A DNA stretch of 64,000 nt from Promethearchaeota archaeon (lineage in GTDB: Archaea; Asgardarchaeota; Lokiarchaeia; Sigyniarchaeales; SOKP01), in assembly GCA_048940445.1 (NCBI GenBank), contig JBHLON010000004.1, forward strand, positions 1 to 64,000, in the 5' to 3' direction. The notes beneath the pieces were generated by a model, which had not been told where the DNA came from, made no database searches, and saw only the letters and a list, made by a program, of their open reading frames with translations. Within the stretch, counting starts at the first letter, position 1, and each line of letters begins with the position of its first letter. This document shows, one piece after another, positions 43,223 through 52,338 of the stretch. The translations under genes were made by a program, and so were the position numbers.

Positions 43223-44932
43223 TTAATCTTTCACGGTTTCTAAAAGTTCCTCTATTTCAGACTGGATAACTTCTGGCTTTTTAGCTTCTTCCCCTTGAAT
43301 TGCTAATGCACGCTCTAAACGTTCCCGATGCAATGTATTCATTGCACAAAAGGGAACCTCTAATACCTTACTATTATCCTCTGGATCAATTACTCCATAG
43401 TGAACAAGACATCTACACACTCTATCTAAATCGAAATTATATGAATCTTGAAAATGCATCGAGGAGATTAGTAGGTTCTTCTCGTGGAAGAACATCCCAG
43501 CCGATTGTAGGTTAGGGAATGCAATTAAGCGAGAAAATGCTATTAATGTTTTGCTATCCATAATCTTTGTAGGATTACGCACGTATCTCATTGCCCCAGC
43601 AAAATAGTAAGCTTTCATTAATTGTCGATAACCTAGATTAGTCATATCGTCAACAAATTTACCTATTGTAGTTGCAACGCTGCCAAATTGTTCTAGATTG
43701 ATCCCCTTAAGAAGTCCAGTAGGTTTTGGAATTTCTTGTTTCATAGCCATGTCATATACTTTATTTGACCAGCTGATAAGTCCTTCTGCATCGAAGTAAT
43801 TTTCAATGGGTTCATATTCACCGTTTTTGTTTACCACGACGATGGTGGCAAATCCACAATCGGCATGGCTAGTTGGGCTCCATTCAGGCACGTCATCAAA
43901 CCATGCCAATAATCTGGTCATTTTGGCAGTGGTAGCTAATGGATAGAAATTATGTATAGCGTTATTGGTATGTTCATTTAGCGCTATTTTCAAATCCGAG
44001 GTTGTATAGCGTATATCCATTAAATCCTCAAAACTTATACGTCCACATAGAGATACTGGCTGATAGATTACTCCTGAAATGACATCATTGTTATCTCTAG
44101 CAAAATCCATAATTTTACCAACTTCTTTATCATTTACACCTTTAGCTATAACTGGAACAAGCATTACACCATAAAAACCGAGTTTACGGGCATTCTCAAT
44201 AACTCTTTGTTTTAAAGGCCAGAGATTTACACCTCTTATTTTTTTCCATACTTCAGGGTTATCGGTTGCATCAAATTGTAAATATACAGCATCCATTCCA
44301 GCATCTTTACATTTTTTCATAAATTCAATTGATTTAGCAAATCTAACTCCATTAGTAGTCACCATAACTTCGATAAACCCTAACTCTTTACCTTTTCGAA
44401 TGATTTCGGGTAAATCATCTCTAACAGTTGGTTCACCACCGGAGATTTGTAATAATACTGCTGGTGTGGGTTTCATAGATCGAAAATGTTCCATAATTCG
44501 AACAATTTCATCGTAAGTTGGTTGGACAACATATCCCTTTGCGCTGGCATTAGCAAAACAAATTGGACATGCCAAATTACATCTATTTGTTATATCAATT
44601 AGACATATATTGGGAGCACTTTTATGATTTTCACAAAGTCCACAATCATAAGGGCAACCTTGAGTACATTCTTTTATTCCTGAAGATACATATTCAGGTT
44701 TTGTTGTATGATTCACTGTTGAGCCAATATCATCAGTAAACGTTTGTTGCCATTTATAATCTTCTGGATCTATGCTAAGCTTATCTTTAAATTCACCGTG
44801 TTCTTTACATTTTTTTCTCATCATTACCCAGTTTTTGCTGTCATCAACGTAAATTTCTGCAGGAATCGGCTGTAGGCATTCTGGACAGATACTTGTAGTG
44901 CGTCTTATAATTTCTTCTGTCATATTAATCAA
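43223..44932 (-). CDS. tes: Tetraether lipid synthase (Tes/GDGT-MAS, MJ0619 family) radical SAM enzyme
   Basis: N-terminal CPEC...CKEHG, CPYDCGLC, NRCNLACPICFA, HADCG, MHFQDSYNFDLDRVCRCLVHY, PFCAMN. Confidence 0.88.
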   Translation of the reverse strand: MINMTEEIIRRTTSICPECLQPIPAEIYVDDSKNWVMMRKKCKEHGEFKDKLSIDPEDYKWQQTFTDDIGSTVNHTTKPEYVSSGIKECTQGCPYDCGLCENHKSAPNICLIDITNRCNLACPICFANASAKGYVVQPTYDEIVRIMEHFRSMKPTPAVLLQISGGEPTVRDDLPEIIRKGKELGFIEVMVTTNGVRFAKSIEFMKKCKDAGMDAVYLQFDATDNPEVWKKIRGVNLWPLKQRVIENARKLGFYGVMLVPVIAKGVNDKEVGKIMDFARDNNDVISGVIYQPVSLCGRISFEDLMDIRYTTSDLKIALNEHTNNAIHNFYPLATTAKMTRLLAWFDDVPEWSPTSHADCGFATIVVVNKNGEYEPIENYFDAEGLISWSNKVYDMAMKQEIPKPTGLLKGINLEQFGSVATTIGKFVDDMTNLGYRQLMKAYYFAGAMRYVRNPTKIMDSKTLIAFSRLIAFPNLQSAGMFFHEKNLLISSMHFQDSYNFDLDRVCRCLVHYGVIDPEDNSKVLEVPFCAMNTLHRERLERALAIQGEEAKKPEVIQSEIEELLETVKD

Positions 44933-45127
44933 ATCTTAAATTACATCGTTAAAGAAAATTACGATTTTTTTATATAAAAAATTATTTAATTAAAAGGTTA
45001 GTTAACTTTTCTATAAAAATTTTTTATGCTAGATAATACTTGGAATAGTATTATTATTGTAGAATCTCAAATATTTTAATTTATTTAAAAATAAATTTAT
45101 TTTAATAAAATCAGCTATTAGTAATTT

Positions 45128-45883
45128 ATGATTTATCTAGTATTTCTCGAATTAGACTCTTTAAGCCAACTTTCTGGAGTTTTCGGAATAATCAGTCTAT
45201 TTGTAACATTTTTCTACGGAATCTTAGTCTTGATTAAAGCATATCAATTAAAATACAAAATACTTTATTATTTTTTCTTTGCAATAATTTTTACGATGTC
45301 TCCTTGGTATCCTAGCGGATTTGGTTACATTTATTGGCTGATAACTCATGAAGTTATTCCTTATCCAGTTTATGTATTATTAGGGACATTAGGAGTACCG
45401 ATTGCTTTATTTGCTTGGTTTCAGATTTATATTCCTGCATTACATCCTAAGCTTAAATATCCCTTACTAATAGGCACAGCAATATTATCACTATTATATT
45501 ACGCGTATGTTTTCTTCTTTTTATTTCTTGCTCCAGGTGCTCCGGTTGATCCATTCATAGGAATAAAGCAGAGTGCCATAGACATTGAATACAGGGGATT
45601 CGCTTTAATCTTCTTAGCTTTTTCACTATTAGTAAGTACTATTACTGGTAATGATTTTTCCATCCAGTCATTAAGAAGTGAAGAGAAGGAAATTAAATGG
45701 AAAGGACGTTTTCTGATAGTTTCATTTAATTTTTTTGCAATTGGTGCTATTGGAGATGGATTCCTAGAACTTAATCCCTTTACTTTGATATTTTTTAGAG
45801 TTTTTATGCTATTATCAAGCACTTTTTATTATATAGGGTTTATTCTACCAAAATGGATGAAAAAATTATTGAAATTAGTTTAA
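45128..45883 (+). CDS. 7-TM membrane protein of unknown function
   Basis: Seven hydrophobic segments, C-terminal GFILPKW. Confidence 0.75.
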   Translation: MIYLVFLELDSLSQLSGVFGIISLFVTFFYGILVLIKAYQLKYKILYYFFFAIIFTMSPWYPSGFGYIYWLITHEVIPYPVYVLLGTLGVPIALFAWFQIYIPALHPKLKYPLLIGTAILSLLYYAYVFFFLFLAPGAPVDPFIGIKQSAIDIEYRGFALIFLAFSLLVSTITGNDFSIQSLRSEEKEIKWKGRFLIVSFNFFAIGAIGDGFLELNPFTLIFFRVFMLLSSTFYYIGFILPKWMKKLLKLV

Positions 45884-45929
45884 ATTAAAATTTTTTTTTT
45901 TTTTGGTAATCAATACAAACTCAGTTTAT

Positions 45930-46056
45930 AAAAGGGAGACTCCTGCCACCAAGACCTAAAAGCAAGGTCAAAAACAAAATAGGGGGAGGAGGGCGAAATC
46001 AGAGTGTGTTTTCACACACTACCAAAAGACAAAAATCCAGGGTGGTAGCAGGAGTC
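45930..46056 (-). ncRNA. Putative structured non-coding RNA (~120 nt), family unknown
   Basis: 14-bp terminal helix that needs a G.U pair only on the minus strand, 7-bp stem with a GAAA tetraloop, a second hairpin, a 3' CCCUUUU tail, and local GC enrichment. Confidence 0.6.
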
Positions 46057-46375
46057 ATAACTTATACTTTTTTTTATTCCCTATTTTGATTTTGGTTTGT
46101 ATTTACTATGCTTTTTAAATTTTTATCTTCTTTATGAATTAATATTGGATACAATTGTATTTTTAATTTTTATCTTATGCATTATATAATTGCGGATATA
46201 TTTAAAATAATTGTTGATACGTCATAAATTTTATACATAAAAGAGAATTTTTGTTAGTTTCTTAAGTCTTGCATCTCTTATTTTATACGATTTCAAAGAA
46301 TTTGCAAAAATGATGAACTTAAAATCAAAATTACATTCATAAAGAATAATAAAATGAAATTAATATAAACTTATT

Positions 46376-46759
46376 ATGACTTTAAATCACTCATCTGAAA
46401 AAAAACAATCACATTTTAAATTATATCTATTTTCAGTTATATTTTCCATAATAGGTTTCATAGTTTCATGGTTTAATATGCTATTAATATTAGAAAGCTC
46501 CAAATACATTGAGGTTCTTGCCTACTTATCAATAATACTTACAACCATGATTCCAGGAGTAATAATTGCTTTAAAAAAAAGATATTGGGGATATTCTTAT
46601 CTTTCGGGATTTTCTATTGCTGGAATTCCTTTTATGATATTGATAGATTTATTTATCGGGGCGTATACGTGTATTACTACTATTTTTATATTTGCTATTT
46701 TATGGTTAATATTTTGGAAAGCTTGGCGTTCTCTTGATTCAATAAAGATAGAAGAATAA
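46376..46759 (+). CDS. Small 4-TM membrane protein
   Basis: Hydrophobic 127-aa ORF. Confidence 0.7.
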   Translation: MTLNHSSEKKQSHFKLYLFSVIFSIIGFIVSWFNMLLILESSKYIEVLAYLSIILTTMIPGVIIALKKRYWGYSYLSGFSIAGIPFMILIDLFIGAYTCITTIFIFAILWLIFWKAWRSLDSIKIEE

Positions 46760-46774
46760 AGAAAAATAAATCAT

Positions 46775-47260
46775 TTATTTGGAATGTATTGGTATATCTT
46801 CTATAGTAACATCGTTGACTCTTTTTATCTCAAAAAACTTGTTCTTAATTGTTTCTATGTTAATATTCCCCGATTCGAGAGAATCTCCTATCAAATATGT
46901 TTCATAAAAGCATTTTTCTAACTCATAGCAGATTCCAGTCGTATGTAATATATCTTTACTTAAATTTAGTTTATTTAAAACTTCCGAAATCCCCTTCACT
47001 ATTTCTGGGGAGAATTCTTCTAATTTAATTAGTATTTTTTTTATTACATTTGTATTTATAGGGAAGCAACTTACTTTTATAACATCTTCTCTTGAAATAA
47101 ATATTAATAAATAGTATGGTGATTCCGTAATTTCATCTTTTACTTCATCGGGGAAAATGGTGGAATTTAAATCTTCTTTTGTTATTATCAAGCCTATAGA
47201 AATTTTATTTTTATTTTTACTCTCAGCATTATAAGAAACCATAAGTATCAAAAACTCCAA
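46775..47260 (-). CDS. Hypothetical protein (start probably ATG at 47242)
   Basis: Plausible soluble ORF with an HTTGIC motif; possibly an ACT-like C-terminus. Confidence 0.65.
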   Translation of the reverse strand: MEFLILMVSYNAESKNKNKISIGLIITKEDLNSTIFPDEVKDEITESPYYLLIFISREDVIKVSCFPINTNVIKKILIKLEEFSPEIVKGISEVLNKLNLSKDILHTTGICYELEKCFYETYLIGDSLESGNINIETIKNKFFEIKRVNDVTIEDIPIHSK

Positions 47261-47487
47261 AGAAAATTCAAATATATGTCTATTAATAAAACTTGTTTGT
47301 TTTTAATATTTATTTTTTTTTTATTTTTTTTTTATGATAAGTATTGAGAAAATTAAAGTTAGGTTAGTTTTTGTATAAGGAAAAAAATGTGTTTAAAGAT
47401 GTTACAATGATAACATATGTATTTTAAATTATTAGTTAAAGTTTCTTAATTATGTCATTTTGATTATTAAAAAGATACTTCTAAATT

Positions 47488-47982
47488 ATGTCCTTTAATT
47501 CTAATGATAATTCTGAGAAAGATAATTTTGGTTTTAAGATCAGAAAAATAAACCAAAGTGATTGCTATTTTCATGCAATTTACTTTTTAGATAATATAAC
47601 AGGATCTTTACTTATAAGCAAGCAATATTCGGAGAATACAAAAACCTCATCTAACGGAGATTTAATTAGTGGTTTCTTAAATGCTCTAAATTTGTTTATA
47701 AAAGAAATAAGGCCAGGCGAAACAGATGAGGAAATTCAAGAAATTAATTTTAGAGAAACAAGAATTTTATATGAGCGATTAGGGCGTCTTTCTGTAATCG
47801 CAATAACCAAAAAGTTAAATTTGAAATTTGAAAGACATTTGTTGCATTATATTATAAATGACTTTTATAGTCGATATGAAAGTTCAATTAATCATTTTAA
47901 TGGTATAATTGAACCTTCCATTTTAAATTATGAAAAGAAACTAGAAATGCTTAATTATTACAATTCTCACTTTGAACTATAA
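47488..47982 (+). CDS. Longin-like domain protein
   Basis: AIYFLDNITGSLLISKQY...DLISGFLNALNLFIKE...IINDFYSRY. Confidence 0.75.
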   Translation: MSFNSNDNSEKDNFGFKIRKINQSDCYFHAIYFLDNITGSLLISKQYSENTKTSSNGDLISGFLNALNLFIKEIRPGETDEEIQEINFRETRILYERLGRLSVIAITKKLNLKFERHLLHYIINDFYSRYESSINHFNGIIEPSILNYEKKLEMLNYYNSHFEL

Positions 47983-47998
47983 TTCAAACAATAAGATT

Positions 47999-49258
47999 TT
48001 AGATTTCATCTTTCTTCTTTTTCTCCTCGATTTCTTTTACCTTATCTTCTATCTTTTCACTTATACCTTGGATATCAGGTTTAATTTGCATTCTTTTGGT
48101 ATCTTCTTCTCGCTGTTTTTCCCGTATAAATGCTTTTTCGCTAATAGATTTCTCAATAGCCTGCCCTGCCTGCTCTAAATCTGGTTTAATCCTTTTTAAT
48201 TCTTCTCTGGTTTCTCGTTGTTTATCTAATCTAAATGCTTTCTCATCAACAGATTGACTTATAGCCTCTCCTGTTTTCTCTATATCTGGTTTAAGTGTTT
48301 TCATTTTTTGCGTTGCTTCGCGCTGTAGATCAATCCGAAAGGCTTTTTCACCAACACTTTTCTCAATAGCTTCTCCGACTTTTCTAAAATTAGGCTTTAA
48401 TTCCAATCGTTTAGTATCTTCCTCTCGCTGTTTTTCCCGTATAAATGCTTTTTCGCTAATAGATTTCTCAATAGCCTGCCCTGCCTGCTCTAAATCTGGT
48501 TTAATCCTTTTTAATTCTTCTCTGGTTTCTCGTTGTTTATCTAATCTAAATGCTTTCTCATCAACAGATTGACTTATAGCCTCTCCTGTTTTCTCTATAT
48601 CTGGTTTAAGTGTTTTCATTTTTTGCGTTGCTTCGCGCTGTAGATCAATCCGAAAGGCTTTTTCACCAACACTTTTCTCAATAGCTTCTCCTACTTTTCT
48701 AAAATTAGGTCTTAATTCCATTCGTTTAGTATCTTCCTCTCGCTGTTTTTCCCGTATAAATGCTTTTTCGCTTATAGATTTCTCAATAGCTTGTTCTATT
48801 TGTTCTTTATTAGGTTTTACTCCAAGCCTATGTGCATCAATTTCTTTTTTTTTTTCGATTAAGAAAGCCTTTTGATCAACTGATTTACTTATTGCTTCAG
48901 TGGTCTTTTCTAAATCTGGCTTAATCTTTAATCTTAGAGCATCACTTTCTTTTTTCTTTTCGATCATGAATACTTTTTGATTAACAGATTTACTTATTGC
49001 TTCTCCAGTACTTTTAATATCCGGTCTAAGTTCTAATCTCTTCTTATCCTGTTCCCGTCGTTTTTCTCTTATAAAGCTTTTTTCTGAAATTAAATTTGAA
49101 ATCAATTTTTGACTTTCTTCAAAGGCTTTTTTTCTCTGTTCTTCAAATTTTCTGAGATATTCTTCTCTCTCTTCTTTTTCTTTCTTATAAAGTTCATCGA
49201 CGATCTTCTTTTGCTTTTCGATCTCTTCAGGTGTTAAAGGTTTTTCATTTTCTTCCAA
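47999..49258 (-). CDS. Charged helical protein with ~10 tandem 35-aa repeats
   Basis: Module [KR]P[DN]xxxxxxAIxxS[VI]x[EQ]KAF; SD GGAGTGA upstream of the TTG. Confidence 0.85.
   Translation of the reverse strand: MEENEKPLTPEEIEKQKKIVDELYKKEKEEREEYLRKFEEQRKKAFEESQKLISNLISEKSFIREKRREQDKKRLELRPDIKSTGEAISKSVNQKVFMIEKKKESDALRLKIKPDLEKTTEAISKSVDQKAFLIEKKKEIDAHRLGVKPNKEQIEQAIEKSISEKAFIREKQREEDTKRMELRPNFRKVGEAIEKSVGEKAFRIDLQREATQKMKTLKPDIEKTGEAISQSVDEKAFRLDKQRETREELKRIKPDLEQAGQAIEKSISEKAFIREKQREEDTKRLELKPNFRKVGEAIEKSVGEKAFRIDLQREATQKMKTLKPDIEKTGEAISQSVDEKAFRLDKQRETREELKRIKPDLEQAGQAIEKSISEKAFIREKQREEDTKRMQIKPDIQGISEKIEDKVKEIEEKKKKDEI
48100..48792. repeat. 315-bp near-perfect intragenic tandem duplication (3 x 105-bp units per copy)
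   Basis: CCCGTATAAATGCTTTTTCGC recurs at 48121, 48436 and 48751. Confidence 0.92.
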
Positions 49259-49425
49259 TTATCTCACTCCATAAAAAATAAAATACCTCTTGATGAATAT
49301 AAAATCAAACTTTGTATTTATTAATTTATTTATCGAAGAAATAATAGTTTGGATTTTTAGGTAAATGTTTCGCTTAAATAATAAAAATTGAAACAAAATT
49401 AAAGGTTTTTCGTCATAATATTCTT

Positions 49426-50169
49426 CTACCTTATTGGTATCGACTCAAATGATTCATCAGACACAGAATCCGTTAAACTAATCATTGTGAGCTTCATTGT
49501 AAGCATTTCCATGACATCCATCAATAATTTTCGATAATATTTAGATTGTTTATCAATACTATTTTGAGAAATGATCTCATCAAATTTTCTTTTTAATACA
49601 AGTCTCAGAGTTTCTTGATTATCTAAATCTAAAACCTGAGTTTGAAACCAGTGATCTATTTCACTTTTTATTTGAAGAGCAAGTTTGTCATCTTGGTTAT
49701 AGGCAACTTCAACTGCTTCTAGATACTGCATATTTTCAAGATATTCTTTATCTTGATACATTGGTTTTAATAGGAGCCCTAAGTTAATTATTAAAGGCTG
49801 TATCTGAAGTTTATCTAAAGAATCTGATAAAAGTTTTAATACTTGTCGTTTTTGAGTAAGTTTTGCATAATGGATATATTCTTGAATGAAGTTTAATATG
49901 GTGTTCTTTATTAATAATTCTTGAAAATCATCTACTGATTCAAATTTCATTTCAATTGTTTTTTCGATACAACTATATACAGAACTCATAAAAGGTGTTA
50001 GATTTTTAAACATAGAAAAATAATAAATAAACTGAGTAATTCTCGCCAAAATCTCTTCCTTAAAGCTATCAGACTCAATAAGTGAATCTATTTTTTTTTT
50101 AAGTAAAAATGAATCATCAGGAATAGACAAGAAAGTTTTAATGAAAGAATATTTAGATTGAAACTTCAT
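49426..50169 (-). CDS. Hypothetical helical protein
   Basis: 247-aa ORF with no recognisable motif. Confidence 0.7.
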   Translation of the reverse strand: MKFQSKYSFIKTFLSIPDDSFLLKKKIDSLIESDSFKEEILARITQFIYYFSMFKNLTPFMSSVYSCIEKTIEMKFESVDDFQELLIKNTILNFIQEYIHYAKLTQKRQVLKLLSDSLDKLQIQPLIINLGLLLKPMYQDKEYLENMQYLEAVEVAYNQDDKLALQIKSEIDHWFQTQVLDLDNQETLRLVLKRKFDEIISQNSIDKQSKYYRKLLMDVMEMLTMKLTMISLTDSVSDESFESIPIR

Positions 50170-50255
50170 TAATTAATGTTATTACACCATAATATTAATA
50201 AAGGTTTATTTTATTAGACAAAAAAGTCAAAGAAAAAATTAAACATACTATCATT

Positions 50256-51587
50256 TTATAACGGAATTAGAGCAGTACTTCCATTTTTTTGAGCTTTATT
50301 AATTAGAGTCATAAGTTCCTCACTTGAAATAGGAACAAGGTCAAATACGTTCATCCCAGATAGTTTAAGTTCCGCTCTGAGAGTCTCTGCAAGATTATTA
50401 CAATCTCCAGAAAAGAAAACTTTTCTCTTTCCAAATGCCTCTCTTAATTTATTACCTACTTCATCAATAGCACAATATCCTGCTACAAGTCCTTTAGTAT
50501 AACCTTCAGCTTTTAAGTTATCTATCAAATTCGTATCATGACCTTTACCCATTACTATAAACCAGCCTCCTCTAAATTTATTGGGGTAATCGTAAGCTAA
50601 AAATTGTAATGTAATTAATGGGTTGTTCTGACACCCCTCTATGCATAATAATTCCTTTCCTTTAACGATCTTAATATTGTTAGGAAATTGTTGTAATAAG
50701 TTCCATTGATATTTCTCTTGGTATTTATTCAAACTTTGTCCAATAATTTCGATTTTATTCAGATCACCTTCCCCTAAATTTCGCTCATAAGCAATTTTTA
50801 AATGAGGGACTTCATCGATCGTTAAACCGAAAATTTTTGCTCCCACCACATCTACTGATAAAGTATCTCTCCCTCCAATTAAGATATTAAAAGGGATGAC
50901 TTGTTTATCCACCCAAGCAGTGATAGGATAATGGCCATAAATAATCCCTTCTGTACCATCAATGATCGTGATATCTGGTCTAATTAATTCATATATATCT
51001 ATGAGTTTAGAATGTAAATTGTAATTATGGTCCTTTCCCCGATCAGCATGTTGAGGAAAACCCCATTGATTTTTAATTCCCAAAGTGACCCTTGTCATAG
51101 AATGAGTTTTTAATTTAGGAAGGTTAATATAAGTAACTTTTTCTCTATTTTTTATGATATAAACTACTGTCATTGGTAATCTGAACTTTTTTAGATTATA
51201 GCCTTTAACATCTACTTTTGTAGAAGGTTTTCCTTTAAACTCAAAATACGTGGATTCTTCCTCATCTAAATATTTGATTTCTACTCCGTTGTCTTCACAA
51301 ACTTGTTTATAACCATTAATTGCAAAAACAACCCTAGTCATGTTTGCTTGCGTTGAGTTTTCCATAACATAAATTTCAGCATCTTTTTGTTTAAGATATT
51401 TTATAACTGCCTTAAGAACTAGCGGAGATGTATATGAGTGCTTTTTAAAATCAATTCCATTCACTTTTATATAGACTTTTTTCGAACTTTTTAATATCGA
51501 TCCCGATTTTTCAAGTTCAGTGAACATTTGATTTACAGTTGTCTCTATGCCACTTCTTGTTGAATAAATAAATACCTTAGACATCAT
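50256..51587 (-). CDS. DUF362 domain (Fe-S-associated) protein
   Basis: VYIKVN, INLPKLKTH...TLGIKNQWG, PDITIIDG and a C-terminal Cys cluster (CIEGC...GYC...GDC). Confidence 0.85.
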   Translation of the reverse strand: MMSKVFIYSTRSGIETTVNQMFTELEKSGSILKSSKKVYIKVNGIDFKKHSYTSPLVLKAVIKYLKQKDAEIYVMENSTQANMTRVVFAINGYKQVCEDNGVEIKYLDEEESTYFEFKGKPSTKVDVKGYNLKKFRLPMTVVYIIKNREKVTYINLPKLKTHSMTRVTLGIKNQWGFPQHADRGKDHNYNLHSKLIDIYELIRPDITIIDGTEGIIYGHYPITAWVDKQVIPFNILIGGRDTLSVDVVGAKIFGLTIDEVPHLKIAYERNLGEGDLNKIEIIGQSLNKYQEKYQWNLLQQFPNNIKIVKGKELLCIEGCQNNPLITLQFLAYDYPNKFRGGWFIVMGKGHDTNLIDNLKAEGYTKGLVAGYCAIDEVGNKLREAFGKRKVFFSGDCNNLAETLRAELKLSGMNVFDLVPISSEELMTLINKAQKNGSTALIPL

Positions 51588-51687
51588 TTTTCAATAAAAT
51601 AAATAAGTTTGCGATTATTTTTTATTTTCATTACAACTATTTTTAGTTTTTTTAGATAAAAACATTATTTTTTATAATAAAAAAACT

Positions 51688-51712
51688 TATATCGATTGTT
51701 GATATATATCAA
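51688..51712. promoter_or_regulatory. Probable PadR operator (TATATC-N7-GATATA overlapping the palindrome TTGATATATATCAA)
   Basis: Dyad sequences 50-75 bp upstream of the padR-family gene. Confidence 0.55.
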
Positions 51713-51762
51713 TAAGTGAGATATGCTAATATTAGAAAATATCCTTAATAGGGCAAATTGAT

Positions 51763-52317
51763 ATGGCAGAAAAAATTGCTGAAGAATTAGAGAATGCAAT
51801 GAAAAAAGGATTTATTAGCGCTCTTATTTTATTAGTCCTTGAAAAAAGTCCTTCTTATGGTTATAAAATTGGAAAAGAGATTGAAACACGTACGTTAGGT
51901 ATCTGGGAACCACCCTCATCTACAATGTATACTGTTCTTAAAAATATGTTAGAAAAAGGCTTAATTCAATTTACTGAAGAACAGAAAGAAGGGCGAATCC
52001 GAAAAGTATATCAAATCACAAAAAAAGGAAAAAATGTATTAAAAATGATACTTAATAAGCAGAGAGTCATAGAAGATTCTTTAAAAACTCTAAAAACTGC
52101 GATGTTGGATGAAGAAAAAAGCTTAGTTTCTGAAAAATTCCATAAATTTAATCCTATAAATCTAATATTAGCAAAATTGGATGAAAAATCTAATGATGAA
52201 AAATTAGAGTTCCTTGAACTTCAAAAACTCAGGATCTCACATGATATAAAGAGATTAAATAAACAGAAAGAGAGAATTGAAGAATTAATTTTACAATTAA
52301 ATAGTAGAAATAAATAA
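51763..52317 (+). CDS. PadR family transcriptional regulator
   Basis: YGYKIGKEI...STMYTVLKNMLEKGLI...RKVYQITKKG. Confidence 0.93.
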   Translation: MAEKIAEELENAMKKGFISALILLVLEKSPSYGYKIGKEIETRTLGIWEPPSSTMYTVLKNMLEKGLIQFTEEQKEGRIRKVYQITKKGKNVLKMILNKQRVIEDSLKTLKTAMLDEEKSLVSEKFHKFNPINLILAKLDEKSNDEKLEFLELQKLRISHDIKRLNKQKERIEELILQLNSRNK

Positions 52318-52338
52318 TAATGTGAAAAGAGATTTTAA

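Noticed and set aside
45930-46056. 5S rRNA, SRP RNA or tRNA
   Set aside because: The length resembles 5S, but I see no conserved 5S loop sequence (e.g. CCGAAC), no SRP helix-8 motif and no cloverleaf or T-loop.
45921-46058. Selenoprotein by UGA read-through (MTPATTLDFCLLVVCENTL-UGA-FRPPPP...)
   Set aside because: No redox motif around the UGA and no recognisable family; RNA base-pairing explains the sequence better.
47999-49258. PPR or TPR repeat protein (35/34-aa period)
   Set aside because: Lacks the hydrophobic two-helix consensus of PPR/TPR; the modules are dominated by charged residues with a single Pro.
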